Below, piece after piece: positions 29,599-44,133 of a DNA stretch of 64,000 nt (within the stretch, counting starts at the first letter, position 1; each line of letters opens with the position of its first letter). Both the position numbers and the translations under genes were made by a program. The stretch is from Liolophura sinensis (Eukaryota). A model generated the notes under the pieces. The model did no database searches and was not told where the DNA came from. It saw nothing but the letters and a program-made list of their open reading frames with translations. Where the stretch lies: assembly GCF_032854445.1 (NCBI RefSeq), contig NC_088300.1, positions 74,512,302 to 74,576,301 on the forward strand, read 5' to 3'.

Positions 29599-30895
29599 AT
29601 TGTTATTTCACCAATGTCACGTTTTTCTTTCCATCATTCTTTCTCCATCGCACTGTGCTATGTATGGTTTATTGGCCAAATAAAAAACTATTTTATCACC
29701 TGAATACAGTCCATACCTTTGCCTCATGTCTGTATTATATTGAAAAGAAACATACATGCCAATTTCTCACAAAACAGTTCTACTTCTCGTATCCGAAAAT
29801 ATCGTTTTATATATGGATGTTTTAACAAATTAACAACAAAACCTTACATCTTGTCACAACTCTGTCTTAAGTAGCACTGGAAAACGCCCAGAAAGACTAT
29901 GTAATACAAAATCCTATCTCGAACAAGCACAGTTTGGGCCTAAACAACTGCAAATCTTATCGCACACATGTGTTGTGCCTGTTACGCTTCATACTTATCA
30001 AATTTTCACTTTTGCAAATTTCATTTAGCCGTACTGACGAATATCTAAATCATATTGGCTGAAAAGAGTTAGCCTCTGTTTAGTTCACATTACAACAATT
30101 AACGGGTACAATTTTCAAGTACTAGTAAAACTTACATAACCGCACTTGAAATATACAAAATATGCATCACCTTTATTGCGCACAGTGAAATGTACCTGCA
30201 TGCCAAACCTCCCCAGTAAAAGCCTTAAAAATCTTCTCTCTTCAACTTAGTCTGGCTGCACTACGGCGTTGTTCCATTCAACTTGCCTAAGCATATCCGA
30301 TATTCTTTTCTGCGCTGTCTTTTTGTCACAAGTCAGGCAAAGACACATTGAGAACTGGAGGTGGTACTTGTAGCATTATAAACATACTTAATTTAAGAGT
30401 CCAATTCGACCGTTTTATGTAATGTGCCAAAATACACCTTACAAAGTACATGTATCAATTTGATTTACTTCTTCATATCAAACATCAAAGACAACCATCC
30501 AACTGCTAAATCATTCTCTGAAAATCTAGTCCAGACAAAGAGAAATTACTTACCAATTATTTTTTAGCAATGAGAAAAATTTTCTCTTCTGTGTAGGCCA
30601 CCGGCCACGCAGCAGGGATCTGACTTCGGCAAATCATCATAGAAGTAATGAACATCCATGCTCACCGCATTTATTTGAGAAGGTCTTCATCGTATGATTA
30701 CCTTTCTCACAAGCACTAATCGTAACAAGTCGCTCACCTTCTAGGGCACAGGTCGCACAACATCAAACGGTTCTGTGAGAGTGAGTAGAAAATCTCTAGC
30801 ATATATAAATCCTTTTTCAAACTTGCAGGTACCATATCCAATCTATCACACAGTCCAAGCATAGTCGACAATAATTTCCATTGATTCAACTCAGA

Positions 30896-31489
30896 ATGGA
30901 TGTAGAAAGAATGGCCGCACTGCTCAGAGAAAATTTACTTCTTCATGACGCCGCTCTCCGCAAAATTCAATTGCTCGGTATGTTCCCTTACTAAACTTGT
31001 ACTTGCGTTCCATGAGTTTGTTTTAGGAGAATGCGCATGTTGTCTTAGCATTAACTGTATCTTATACCATTCTTTTATATTTTTTCAGAACAAAGACAAG
31101 AGGCTACTGAACGACGAATAAGAGCAGCAACATCCAACGGGCATACACCATGCCACGAACTGCTCCTTCTGCAGAAACACATTCTTGCCGATACCAAAGC
31201 CTTGTACCAGCATTACCGACAGGAGAAATGGGATGAAGTTCAACGCGTGGCAGCCAGAGTCTTACAAACCAGCCAGGAAGACAGCGACGATGAGGACATG
31301 GGGGAGGTATTAATAAGTGTCGATGATGATAATGATGATGATGATCAATATTTTGATGACGGTGACCACAATTCTGTTGACGACAGCCAATCTACCACTC
31401 ATCCACAGGCCTTTGACAGCACCGCCATGCATAGTTTTTCCCGTTTTACACGAGATTTTTACATATCTTCAACTCGACAAGATAACTAA
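30896..31489 (+). CDS. Array gene copy 17, intact, D variant.
   Basis: Periodic copy with conserved signals. Confidence 0.6.
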
Positions 31490-32786
31490 ATTGTTATTTC
31501 ACCAATGTCACGTTTTTCTTTCCATCATTCTTTCTCCATCGCACTGTGCTATGTATGGTTTATTGGCCAAATAAAAAACTATTTTATCACCTGAATACAG
31601 TCCATACCTTTGCCTCATGTCTGTATTATATTGAAAAGAAACATACATGCCAATTTCTCACAAAACAGTTCTCCTTCTCGTATCCGAAAATATCGTTTTA
31701 TATATGGATGTTTTAACAAATTAATAACAAAACCTTACATCTTGTCACAACTCTGTCTTAAGTAGCACTCAAAAAAGCCCAGAAAGACTATGTAATACAA
31801 AATCCTATCTCGAACAAGCACAGTTTGGGCCTAAACAACTGCAAATCTTATCGCACACATGTGTTGTGCCTGTTACGCTTCATACTTATCAAATTTTCAC
31901 TTTTGCAAATTTCATTTAGCCGTACTGACGAATATCTAAATCATATTGGCTGAAAAGAGTTAGCCTCTGTTTAGTTCACATTACAACAATTAACGGGTAC
32001 AATTTTCAAGTACTAGTAAAACTTACATAACCGCACTTGAAATATACAAAATCTGCATCACCATTTTTGCGCACAGTGAAATGTACCTGCATGCCAAACC
32101 TCCCCAGTAAAAGCCTTAAAAATCTTCTCTCTTCAACTTAGTCTGGCTGCACTACGGCGTTGTTCCATTCAACTTGCCTAAGCATATCCGATATTCTTTT
32201 CTGCGCTGTCTTTTTGTCACAAGTCAGGAAAAGACACATTGAGAACTGGAGGTGGTACTTGTAGCATTATAAACATACTTAATTTAAGAGTCCAATTCGA
32301 CCGTTTTATGTAATGTGCCAAAATACACCTTACAAAGTACATGTATCAATTTGATTTACTTCTTCATATCAAACATCAAAGACTACCATCCAGCTGCTAA
32401 ATCATTCTCTGAAAATCTAGTCCAGACAAAGAGAAATTACTTACCAATTATTTTTTAGCAGTGAGAAAAATTTTCTCTTCTGTGTAGGCCACCGGCCACG
32501 CAGCAGGGATCTGACTTCGGCAAATCATCATAGAAGTAATGAACATCCATGCTCACCGCATTTATTTGAGAAGGTCTTCATCGTATGATTACCTTTCTCA
32601 CAAGCACTAATCGTAACAAGTCGCTCACCTTCTAGGGCACAGGTCGCACAACATCAAACGGTTCTGTGAGAGTGAGTAGAAAATCTCTAGCATATATAAA
32701 TCCTTTTTCAAACTTGCAGGTACCATATCCAATCTATCACACAGTCCAAGCATAGTCGACAATAATTTCCATTGATTCAACTCAGA

Positions 32787-33380
32787 ATGGATGTAGAAAG
32801 AATGGCCGCACTGCTCAGAGAAAATTTACTTCTTCATGACGCCGCTCTCCGCAAAATTCAATTGCTCGGTATGTTCCCTTACTAAACTTGTACTTGCGTT
32901 GCATGAGTTTGTTTTAGGAGAATGCGCATGTTGTCTTAGCATTGACTGTATCTTATACCATTCTTTTATATTTTTTCAGAACAAAGACAAGAGGCTACTG
33001 AACGACGAATAAGAGCAGCAGCATCCAACGGGCATACACCATGCCACGAACTGCTCCTTCTGCAGAAACACATTCTTGCCGATACCAAGGCCTTGTACCA
33101 GCATTACTGACAGGAGAAATGGGATGAAGTTCAACGCGTGGCAGCCAGAGTCTTACAAACCAGCCAGGAAGACAGCGACGATGAGGACATGGGGGAGGTA
33201 TTAATAAGTGTCGATGATGATAATGATGATGATGATCAATATTTTGATGAAGGTGACCACAATTCTGTTGACGACAGCCAATCTACCACTCATCCACAGG
33301 CCTTTGACAGCACCGCCATGCATAGTTTTTCCCGTTTTACACGAGATTTTTACATATCTTCAACTCGACAAGATAACTAA
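32787..33380 (+). pseudogene. Array gene copy 18. Same R71 nonsense (TGA at 33108-33110).
   Basis: The sequence reads gcattacTGAcagg. The ORF track shows the 80-aa fragment from 33138. Confidence 0.65.
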
Positions 33381-34677
33381 ATTGTTATTTCACCAATGTC
33401 ACGTTTTTCTTTCCATCATTCTTTCTCCATCGCACTGTGCTATGTATGGTTTATTGGCCAAATAAAAAACTATTTTATCACCTGAATACAGTCCATACCT
33501 TTGCCTCATGTCTGTATTATATTGAAAAGAAACATACATGCCAATTTCTCACAAAACTGTTCTGCTTCTCGTATCCGAAAATATCGTTTTATATATGGAT
33601 GTTTTAACAAATTAACAACAAAACCTTACATCTTGTCACAACTCTGTCTTAAGTAGCACTGGAAAACGCCCAGAAAGACTATGTAATACAAAATCCTATC
33701 TCGAACAAGCACAGTTTGGGCCTAAACAACTGCAAATCTTATCGCACACATGTGTTGTGCCTGTTACGCTTCATACTTATCAAATTTTCACTTTTGCAAA
33801 TTTCATTTAGCCGTACTGACGAATATCTAAATCATATTGGCTGAAAAGAGTTAGCCTCTGTTTAGTTCACATTACAACAATTAACGGGTACAATTTTCAA
33901 GTACTATTAAAACTTACATAACCGCACTTGAAATATACAAAATCTGCATCACCATTTTTGCGCACAGTGAAATGTACCTGCATGCCAAACCTCCCCAGTA
34001 AAAGCCTTAAAAATCTTCTCTCTTCAACTTAGTCTGGCTGCACTACGGCGTTGTTCCATTCAACTTGCCTAAGCATATCCGATATTCTTTTCTGCGCTGT
34101 CTTTTTGTCACAAGTCAGGCAAAGACACATTGAGAACTGGAGGTGGTACTTGTAGCATTATAAACATACTTAATTTAAGAGTCCAATTCGACCGTTTTAT
34201 GTAATGTGCCAAAATACACCTTACAAAGTACATGTATTAATCTGATTTACTTCTTCATATCAAACATCAGAGACTACCATCCAGCTGCTAAATCATTCTC
34301 TGAAAATCTAGTCCAGACAAAGAGAAATTACTTACCAATTATTTTTTAGCAATGAGAAAAATTTTCTCTTCTGTGTAGGCCACCGGCCACGCAGCAGGGA
34401 TCTGACTTCGGCAAATCATCATAGAAGTAATGAAGATCCATGCTCACCGCATTTATTTGAGAAGGTCTTCATCGTATGATTACCTTTCTCACAAGCACTA
34501 ATCGTAACAAGTCGCTCACCTTCTAGGGCACAGGTCGCACAACATCAAACGGTTCTGTGAGAGTGAGTAGAAAATCTCTAGCATATATAAATCCTTTCTC
34601 AAACTTGCAGGTACCATATCCAATCTATCACACAGTCCAAGCATAGTCGACAATAATTTCCATTGATTCAACTCAGA

Positions 34678-35271
34678 ATGGATGTAGAAAGAATGGCCGC
34701 ACTGCTCAGAGAAAATTTACTTCTTCATGACGCCGCTCTCCGCAAAATTCAATTGCTCGGTATGTTCCCTTACTAAACTTGTACTTGCGTTGCATGAGTT
34801 TGTTTTAGGAGAATGCGCATGTTGTCTTAGCATTAACTGTATCTTATACCATTCTTTTATATTTTTTCAGAACAAAGACAAGAGGCTACTGAACGACGAA
34901 TAAGAGCAGCAACATCCAACGGGCATACACCATGCCACGAACTGCTCCTTCTGCAGAAACACATTCTTGCCGATACCAAAGCCTTGTACCAGCATTACCG
35001 ACAGGAGAAATGGGATGAAGTTCAACGCGTGGCAGCCAGAGTCTTACAAACCAGCCAGGAAGACAGCGACGATGAGGACATGGGGGAGGTATTAATAAGT
35101 GTCGATGATGATAATGATGATGATGATCAATATTTTGATGACGGTGACCACAATTCTGTTGACGACAGCCAATCTACTACTCATCCACAGGCCTTTGACA
35201 GCACCGCCATGCATAGTTTTTCCCGTTTTACACGAGATTTTTACATATCTTCAACTCGACAAGATAACTAA
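34678..35271 (+). CDS. Array gene copy 19, intact, D variant.
   Basis: Periodic copy with conserved signals. Confidence 0.6.
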
Positions 35272-36568
35272 ATTGTTATTTCACCAATGTCACGTTTTTC
35301 TTTCCATCATTCTTTCTCCATCGCACTGTGCTATGTATGGTTTATTGGCCAAATAAAAAACTATTTTATCACCTGAATACAGTCCATACCTTTGCCTCAT
35401 GTCTGTATTATATTGAAAAGAAACATACATGCCAATTTCTCACAAAACAGTTCTCCTTCTCGTATCCGAAAATATCGTTTTATATATGGATGTTTTAACA
35501 AATTAACAACAAAACCTTACATCTTGTCACAACTCTGTCTTAAGTAGCACTGGAAAACGCCCAGAAAGACTATGTAATACAAAATCCTATCTCGAACAAG
35601 CACAGTTTGGGCCTAAACAACTGCAAATCTTATCGCACACATGTGTTGTGCCTGTTACGCTTCATACTTATCAAATTTTCACTTTTGCAAATTTCATTTA
35701 GCCGTACTGACGAATATCTAAATCATATTGGCTGAAAAGAGTTAGCCTCTGTTTAGTTCACATTACAACAATTAACGGGTACAATTTTCAAGTACTAGTA
35801 AAACTTACATAACCGCACTTGAAATATACAAAATATGCATCACCTTTATTGCGCACAGTGAAATGTACCTGCATGCCAAACCTCCCCAGTAAAAGCCTTA
35901 AAAATCTTCTCTCTTCAACTTAGTCTGGCTGCACTACGGCGTTGTTCCATTCAACTTGCCTAAGCATATCCGATATTCTTTTCTGCGCTGTCTTTTTGTC
36001 ACAAGTCAGGCAAAGACACATTGAGAACTGGAGGTGGTACTTGTAGCATTATAAACATACTTAATTTAAGAGTCCAATTCGACCGTTTTATGTAATGTGC
36101 CAAAATACACCTTACAAAGTACATGTATTAATCTGATTTACTTCTTCATATCAAACATCAGAGACTACCATCCAGCTGCTAAATCATTCTCTGAAAATCT
36201 AGTCCAGACAAAGAGAAATTACTTACCAATTATTTTTTAGCAATGAGAAAAATTTTCTCTTCTGTGTAGGCCACCGGCCACGCAGCAGGGATCTGACTTC
36301 GGCAAATCATCATAGAAGTAATGAAGATCCATGCTCACCGCATTTATTTGAGAAGGTCTTCATCGTATGATTACCTTTCTCACAAGCACTAATCGTAACA
36401 AGTCGCTCACCTTCTAGGGCACAGGTCGCACAACATCAAACGGTTCTGTGAGAGTGAGTAGAAAATCTCTAGCATATATAAATCCTTTCTCAAACTTGCA
36501 GGTACCATATCCAATCTATCACACAGTCCAAGCATAGTCGACAATAATTTCCATTGATTCAACTCAGA

Positions 36569-37162
36569 ATGGATGTAGAAAGAATGGCCGCACTGCTCAG
36601 AGAAAATTTACTTCTTCATGACGCCGCTCTCCGCAAAATTCAATTGCTCGGTATGTTCCCTTACTAAACTTGTACTTGCGTTCCATGAGTTTGTTTTAGG
36701 AGAATGCGCATGTTGTCTTAGCATTAACTGTATCTTATACCATTCTTTTATATTTTTCCACAACAAAGACAAGAGGCTACTGAACGACGAATAAGAGCAG
36801 CAACATCCAACGGGCATACACCATGCCACGAACTGCTCCTTCTGCAGAAACACATTCTTGCCGATACCAAGGCCTTGTACCAGCATTACCGACAGGAGAA
36901 ATGGGATGAAGTTCAACGCGTGGCAGCCAGAGTCTTACAAACCAGCCAGGAAAACAGCGACGATGAGGACATGGGGGAGGTATTAATAAGTGTCGATGAT
37001 GATAATGATGATGATGATCAATATTTTGATGAAGGTGACCACAATTCTGTTGACGACAGCCAATCTACTACTCATCCACAGGCCTTTGACAGCACCGCCA
37101 TGCATAGTTTTTCCCGTTTTACACGAGATTTTTACATATCTTCAACTCGACAAGATAACTAA
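36569..37162 (+). pseudogene. Array gene copy 20. The intron acceptor is destroyed (AG to AC at 36760-36761; ttttttcagAAC becomes tttttccacAAC). It also has a D to N substitution.
   Basis: Aligning it to unit 1 at 824-835 shows the AG is lost. No in-frame AG lies nearby. Exon 2 is otherwise open, so the ORF track still lists it. Confidence 0.5.
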
Positions 37163-38459
37163 ATTGTTATTTCACCAATGTCACGTTTTTCTTTCCATCA
37201 TTCTTTCTCCATCGCACTGTGCTATGTATGGTTTATTGGCCAAATAAAAAACTATTTTATCACCTGAATACAGTCCATACCTTTGCCTCATGTCTGTATT
37301 ATATTGAAAAGAAACATACATGCCAATTTCTCACAAAACAGTTCTGCTTCTCGTATCCGAAAATATCGTTTTATATATGGATGTTTTAACAAATTAATAA
37401 CAAAACCTTACATCTTGTCACAACTCTGTCTTAAGTAGCACTCAAAAAAGCCCAGAAAGACTATGTAATACAAAATCCTATCTCGAACAAGCACAGTTTG
37501 GGCCTAAACAACTGCAAATCTTATCGCACACATGTGGTGTGCCTGTTACGCTTCATACTTATCAAATTTTCACTTTTGCAAATTTCATTTAGCCGTACTG
37601 ACGAATATCTAAATCATATTGGCTGAAAAGAGTTAGCCTCTGTTTAGTTCACATTACAACAATTAACGGGTACAATTTTCAAGTACTATTAAAACTTACA
37701 TAACCGCACTTGAAATATACAAAATCTGCATCACCATTTTTGCGCACAGTGAAATGTACCTGCATGCCAAACCTCCCCAGTAAAAGCCTTAAAAATCTTC
37801 TCTCTTCAACTTAGTCTGGCTGCACTACGGCGTTGTTCCATTCAACTTGCCTAAGCATATCCGATATTCTTTTCTGCGCTGTCTTTTTGTCACAAGTCAG
37901 GAAAAGACACATTGAGAACTGGAGGTGGTACTTGTAGCATTATAAACATACTTAATTTAAGAGTCCAATTCGACCGTTTTATGTAATGTGCCAAAATACA
38001 CCTTACAAAGTACATGTATCAATTTGATTTACTTCTTCATATCAAACATCAAAGACAACCATCCAGCTGCTAAATCATTCTCTGAAAATCTAGTCCAGAC
38101 AAAGAGAAATTACTTACCAATTGTTTTTTAGCAATGAGAAAAATTTTCTCTTCTGTGTAGGCCACCGGCCACGCAGCAGGGATCTGACTTCGGCAAATCA
38201 TCATAGAAGTAATGAACATCCATGCTCACCGCATTTATTTGAGAAGGTCTTCATCGTATGATTACCTTTCTCACAAGCACTAATCGTAACAAGTCGCTCA
38301 CCTTCTAGGGCACAGGTCGCACAACATCAAACGGTTCTGTGAGAGTGAGTAGAAAATCTCTAGCATATATAAATCCTTTCTCAAACTTGCAGGTACCATA
38401 TCCAATCTATCACACAGTCCAAGCATAGTCGACAATAATTTCCATTGATTCAACTCAGA

Positions 38460-39053
38460 ATGGATGTAGAAAGAATGGCCGCACTGCTCAGAGAAAATTT
38501 ACTTCTTCATGACGCCGCTCTCCGCAAAATTCAATTGCTCGGTATGTTCCCTTACTAAACTTGTACTTGCGTTCCATGAGTTTGTTTTAGGAGAATGCGC
38601 ATGTTGTCTTAGCATTAACTGTATCTTATACCATTCTTTTATATTTTTTCAGAACAAAGACAAGAGGCTACTGAACGACGAATAAGAGCAGCAACATCCA
38701 ACGGGCATACACCATGCCACGAACTGCTCCTTCTGCAGAAACACATTCTTGCCGATACCAAGGCCTTGTACCAGCATTACCGACAGGAGAAATGGGACGA
38801 AGTTCAACGCGTGGCAGCCAGAGTCTTACAAACCAGCCAGGAAGACAGCGACGATGAGGACATGGGGGAGGTATTAATAAGTGTCGATGATGATAATGAT
38901 GATGATGATCAATATTTTGATGACGGTGACCACAATTCTGTTGACGACAGCCAATCTACCACTCATCCACAGGCCTTTGACAGCACCGCCATGCATAGTT
39001 TTTCCCGTTTTACACGAGATTTTTACATATCTTCAACTCGACAAGATAACTAA
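38460..39053 (+). CDS. Array gene copy 21, intact, D variant.
   Basis: Periodic copy. Silent GAT to GAC at about 38796. Confidence 0.6.
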
Positions 39054-40350
39054 ATTGTTATTTCACCAATGTCACGTTTTTCTTTCCATCATTCTTTCTC
39101 CATCGCACTGTGCTATGTATGGTTTATTGGCCAAATAAAAAACTATTTTATCACCTGAATACAGTCCATACCTTTGCCTCATGTCTGTATTATATTGAAA
39201 AGAAACATACATGCCAATTTCTCACAAAACAGTTCTACTTCTCGTATCCGAAAATATCGTTTTATATATGGATGTTTTAACAAATTAACAACAAAACCTT
39301 ACATCTTGTCACAACTCTGTCTTAAGTAGCACTGGAAAACGCCCAGAAAGACTATGTAATACAAAATCCTATCTCGAACAAGCACAGTTTGGGCCTAAAC
39401 AACTGCAAATCTTATCGCACACATGTGTTGTGCCGGTTACGCTTCATACTTATCAAATTTTCACTTTTGCAAATTTCATTTAGCCGTACTGACGAATATC
39501 TAAATCATATTGGCTGAAAAGAGTTAGCCTCTGTTTAGTTCACATTACAACAATTAACGGGTACAATTTTCAAGTACTAGTAAAACTTACATAACCGCAC
39601 TTGAAATATACAAAATCTGCATCACCATTTTTGCACACAGTGAAATGTACCTGCATGCCAAACCTCCCCAGTAAAAGCCTTAAAAATCTTCTCTCTTCAA
39701 CTGAGTCTGGCTGCACTACGGCGTTGTTCCATTCAACTTGCCTAAGCATATCCGATATTCTTTTCTGCGCTGTCTTTTTGTCACAAGTCAGGAAAAGACA
39801 CATTGAGAACTGGAGGTGGTACTTGTAGCATTATAAACATACTTAATTTAAGAGTCCAATTCGACCGTTTTATGTAATGTGCCAAAATACACCTTACAAA
39901 GTACATGTATCAATTTGTTTTACTTCTTCATATCAAACATCAAAGACTACCATCCAGCTGCTAAATCATTCTCTGAAAATCTAGTCCAGACAAAGAGAAA
40001 TTACTTACCAATTATTTTTTAGCAGTGAGAAAAATTTTCTCTTCTGTGTAGGCCACCGGCCACGCGGCAGGGATCTGACTTCGGCAAATCATCATAGAAG
40101 TAATGAACATCCATGCTCACCGCATTTATTTGAGAAGGTCTTCATCGTATGATTACCTTTCTCACAAGCACTAATCGTAACAAGTCGCTCACCTTCTAGG
40201 GCACAGGTCGCACAACATCAAACGGTTCTGTGAGAGTGAGTAGAAAATCTCTAGCATATATAAATCCTTTTTCAAACTTGCAGGTACCATATCCAATCTA
40301 TCACACAGTCCAAGCATAGTCGACAATAATTTCCATTGATTCAACTCAGA

Positions 40351-40944
40351 ATGGATGTAGAAAGAATGGCCGCACTGCTCAGAGAAAATTTACTTCTTCA
40401 TGACGCCGCTCTCCGCAAAATTCAATTGCTCGGTATGTTCCCTTACTAAACTTGTACTTGCGTTCCATGAGTTTGTTTTAGGAGAATGCGCATGTTGTCT
40501 TAGCATTAACTGTATCTTATACCATTCTTTTATATTTTTTCAGAACAAAGACAAGAGGCTACTGAACGACGAATAAGAGCAGCAACATCCAACGGGCATA
40601 CACCATGCCACGAACTGCTCCTTCTGCAGAAACACATTCTTGCCGATACCAAGGCCTTGTACCAGCATTACCGACAGGAGAAATGGGATGAAGTTCAACG
40701 CGTGGCAGCCAGAGTCTTACAAACCAGCCAGGAAGACAGTGACGATGAGGACATGGGGGAGGTATTAATAAGTGTCGATGATGATAATGATGATGATGAT
40801 CAATATTTTGATGACGGTGACCACAATTCTGTTGACGACAGCCAATCTACCACTCATCCACAGGCCTTTGACAGCACCGCCATGCATAGTTTTTCCCGTT
40901 TTACACGAGATTTTTACATATCTTCAACTCGACAAGATAACTAA
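40351..40944 (+). CDS. Array gene copy 22, intact, D variant.
   Basis: Periodic copy with conserved signals. Confidence 0.6.
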
Positions 40945-42242
40945 ATTGTTATTTCACCAATGTCACGTTTTTCTTTCCATCATTCTTTCTCCATCGCACT
41001 GTGCTATGTATGGTTTATTGGCCAAATAAAAAACTATTTTATCACCTGAATACAGTCCATACCTTTGCCTCATGTCTGTATTATATTGAAAACAAACATA
41101 CATGCCAATTTCTCACAAAACAGTTCTACTTCTCGTATCCGAAAATATCGTTTTATATATGGATGTTTTAACAAATTAACAACAAAACCTTACATCTTGT
41201 CACAACTCTGTCTTAAGTAGCACTGGAAAACGCCCAGAAAGACTATGTAATACAAAATTCTATCTCGAACAAGCACAGTTTGGGCCTAAACAACTGCAAA
41301 TCTTATCGCACACATGTGTTGTGCCTGTTACGCTTCATACTTATCAAATTTTCACTTTTGCAAATTTCATTTAGCCGTACTGACGAATATCTAAATCATA
41401 TTGGCTGAAAAGAGTTAGCCTCTGTTTAGTTCACATTACAACAATTAACGGGTACAATTTTCAAGTACTAGTAAAAACTTACATAACCGCACTTGAAATA
41501 TACAAAATCTGCATCACCATTTTTGCGCACAGTGAAATGTACCTGCATGCCAAACCTCCCCAGTTAAAGCCTTAAAAATCTTCTCTCTTCAACTGAGTCT
41601 GGCTGCACTACGGCGTTGTTCCATTCAACTTGCCTAAGCATATCCGATATTCTTTTCTGCGCTGTCTTTTTGTCACAAGTCAGGAAAAGACACATTGAGA
41701 ACTGGAGGTGGTACTTGTAGCATTATAAACATACTTAATTTAAGAGTCCAATTCGACCGTTTTATGTAATGTGCCAAAATACACCTTACAAAGTACATGT
41801 ATCAATTTGATTTACTTCTTCATATCAAACATCAAAGACTACCATCCAGCTGCTAAATCATTCTCTGAAAATCTAGTCCAGACAAAGAGAAATTACTTAC
41901 CAATTATTTTTTAGCAGTGAGAAAAATTTTCTCTTCTGTGTAGGCCACCGGCCACGCAGCAGGGATCTGACTTCGGCAAATCATCATAGAAGTAATGAAC
42001 ATCCATGCTCACCGCATTTATTTGAGAAGGTCTTCATCGTATGATTACCTTTCTCACAAGCACTAATCGTAACAAGTCGCTCACCTTCTAGGGCACAGGT
42101 CGCACAACATCAAACGGTTCTGTGAGAGTGAGTAGAAAATCTCTAGCATATATAAATCCTTTCTCAAACTTGCAGGTACCATATCCAATCTATCACACAG
42201 TCCAAGCATAGTCGACAATAATTTCCATTGATTCAACTCAGA

Positions 42243-42836
42243 ATGGATGTAGAAAGAATGGCCGCACTGCTCAGAGAAAATTTACTTCTTCATGACGCCG
42301 CTCTCCGCAAAATTCAATTGCTCGGTATGTTCCCTTACTAAACTTGTACTTGCGTTCCATGAGTTTGTTTTAGGAGAATGCGCATGTTGTCTTAGCATTA
42401 ACTGTATCTTATACCATTCTTTTATATTTTTTCAGAACAAAGACAAGAGGCTACTGAACGACGAATAAGAGCAGCAACATCCAACGGGCATACACCATGC
42501 CACGAACTGCTCCTTCTGCAGAAACACATTCTTGCCGATACCAAGGCCTTGTACCAGCATTACCGACAGGAGAAATGGGATGAAGTTCAACGCGTGGCAG
42601 CCAGAGTCTTACAAACCAGCCAGGAAGACAGCGACGATGAGGACATGGGGGAGGTATTAATAAGTGTCGATGATGATAATGATGATGATGATCAATATTT
42701 TGATGACGGTGACCACAATTCTGTTGACGACAGCCAATCTACCACTCATCCACAGGCCTTTGACAGCACCGCCATGCATAGTTTTTCCCGTTTTACACGA
42801 GATTTTTACATATCTTCAACTCGACAAGATAACTAA
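42243..42836 (+). CDS. Array gene copy 23, intact, D variant. It lies in the 1892-bp unit.
   Basis: ATG at 42243 checked. A spacer insertion (agtaaaaactt) near 41471 shifts the phase by +1. Confidence 0.6.
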
Positions 42837-44133
42837 ATTGTTATTTCACCAATGTCACGTTTTTCTTTCCATCATTCTTTCTCCATCGCACTGTGCTATG
42901 TATGGTTTATTGGCCAAATAAAAAACTATTTTATCACCTGAATACAGTCCATACCTTTGCCTCATGTCTGTATTATATTGAAAAGAAACATACATGCCAA
43001 TTTCTCACAAAACAGTTCTACTTCTCGTATCCGAAAATATCGTTTTATATATGGATGTTTTAACAAATTAACAACAAAACCTTACATCTTGTCACAACTC
43101 TGTCTTAAGTAGCACTGGAAAACGCCCAGAAAGACTATGTAATACAAAATCCTATCTCGAACAAGCACAGTTTGGGCCTAAACAACTGCAAATCTTATCG
43201 CACACATGTGTTGTGCCTGTTACGCTTCATACTTATCAAATTTTCACTTTTGCAAATTTCATTTAGCCGTACTGACGAATATCTAAATCATATTGGCTGA
43301 AAAGAGTTAGCCTCTGTTTAGTTCACATTACAACAATTAACGGGTACAATTTTCAAGTACTAGTAAAACTTACATAACCGCACTTGAAATATACAAAATC
43401 TGCATCACCATTTTTGCACACAGTGAAATGTACCTGCATGCCAAACCTCCCCAGTAAAAGCCTTAAAAATCTTCTCTCTTCAACTGAGTCTGGCTGCACT
43501 ACGGCGTTGTTCCATTCAACTTGCCTAAGCATATCCGATATTCTTTTCTGCGCTGTCTTTTTGTCACAAGTCAGGAAAAGACACATTGAGAACTGGAGGT
43601 GGTACTTGTAGCATTATAAACATACTTAATTTAAGAGTCCAATTCGACCGTTTTATGTAATGTGCCAAAATACACCTTACAAAGTACATGTATCAATTTG
43701 ATTTACTTCTTCATATCAAACATCAAAGACTACCATCCAGCTGCTAAATCATTCTCTGAAAATCTAGTCCAGACAAAGAGAAATTACTTACCAATTATTT
43801 TTTAGCAGTGAGAAAAATTTTCTCTTCTGTGTAGGCCACCGGCCACGCAGCAGGGATCTGACTTCGGCAAATCATCATAGAAGTAATGAAGATCCATGCT
43901 CACCGCATTTATTTGAGAAGGTCTTCATCGTATGATTACCTTTCTCACAAGCACTAATCGTAACAAGTCGCTCACCTTCTAGGGCACAGGTCGCACAACA
44001 TCAAACGGTTCTGTGAGAGTGAGTAGAAAATCTCTAGCATATATAAATCCTTTTTCAAACTTGCAGGTACCATATCCAATCTATCACACAGTCCAAGCAT
44101 AGTCGACAATAATTTCCATTGATTCAACTCAGA

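Noticed and set aside
36608-36916. A 102-aa minus-strand ORF antisense to array copy 20.
   Set aside because: It is present only in this unit, because of unit-specific substitutions, and is interrupted by stops in the other 24 units. It is not a conserved coding frame.
39570-39828. Paired minus and plus ORFs of 75-77 aa in the array spacer (also at 43353-43611, 47166-47393 and 47622-47819).
   Set aside because: They occur only in units carrying a G to A spacer variant (ttttgcacacagtg) and are interrupted in most units. They show no splice or start signals and no constraint.
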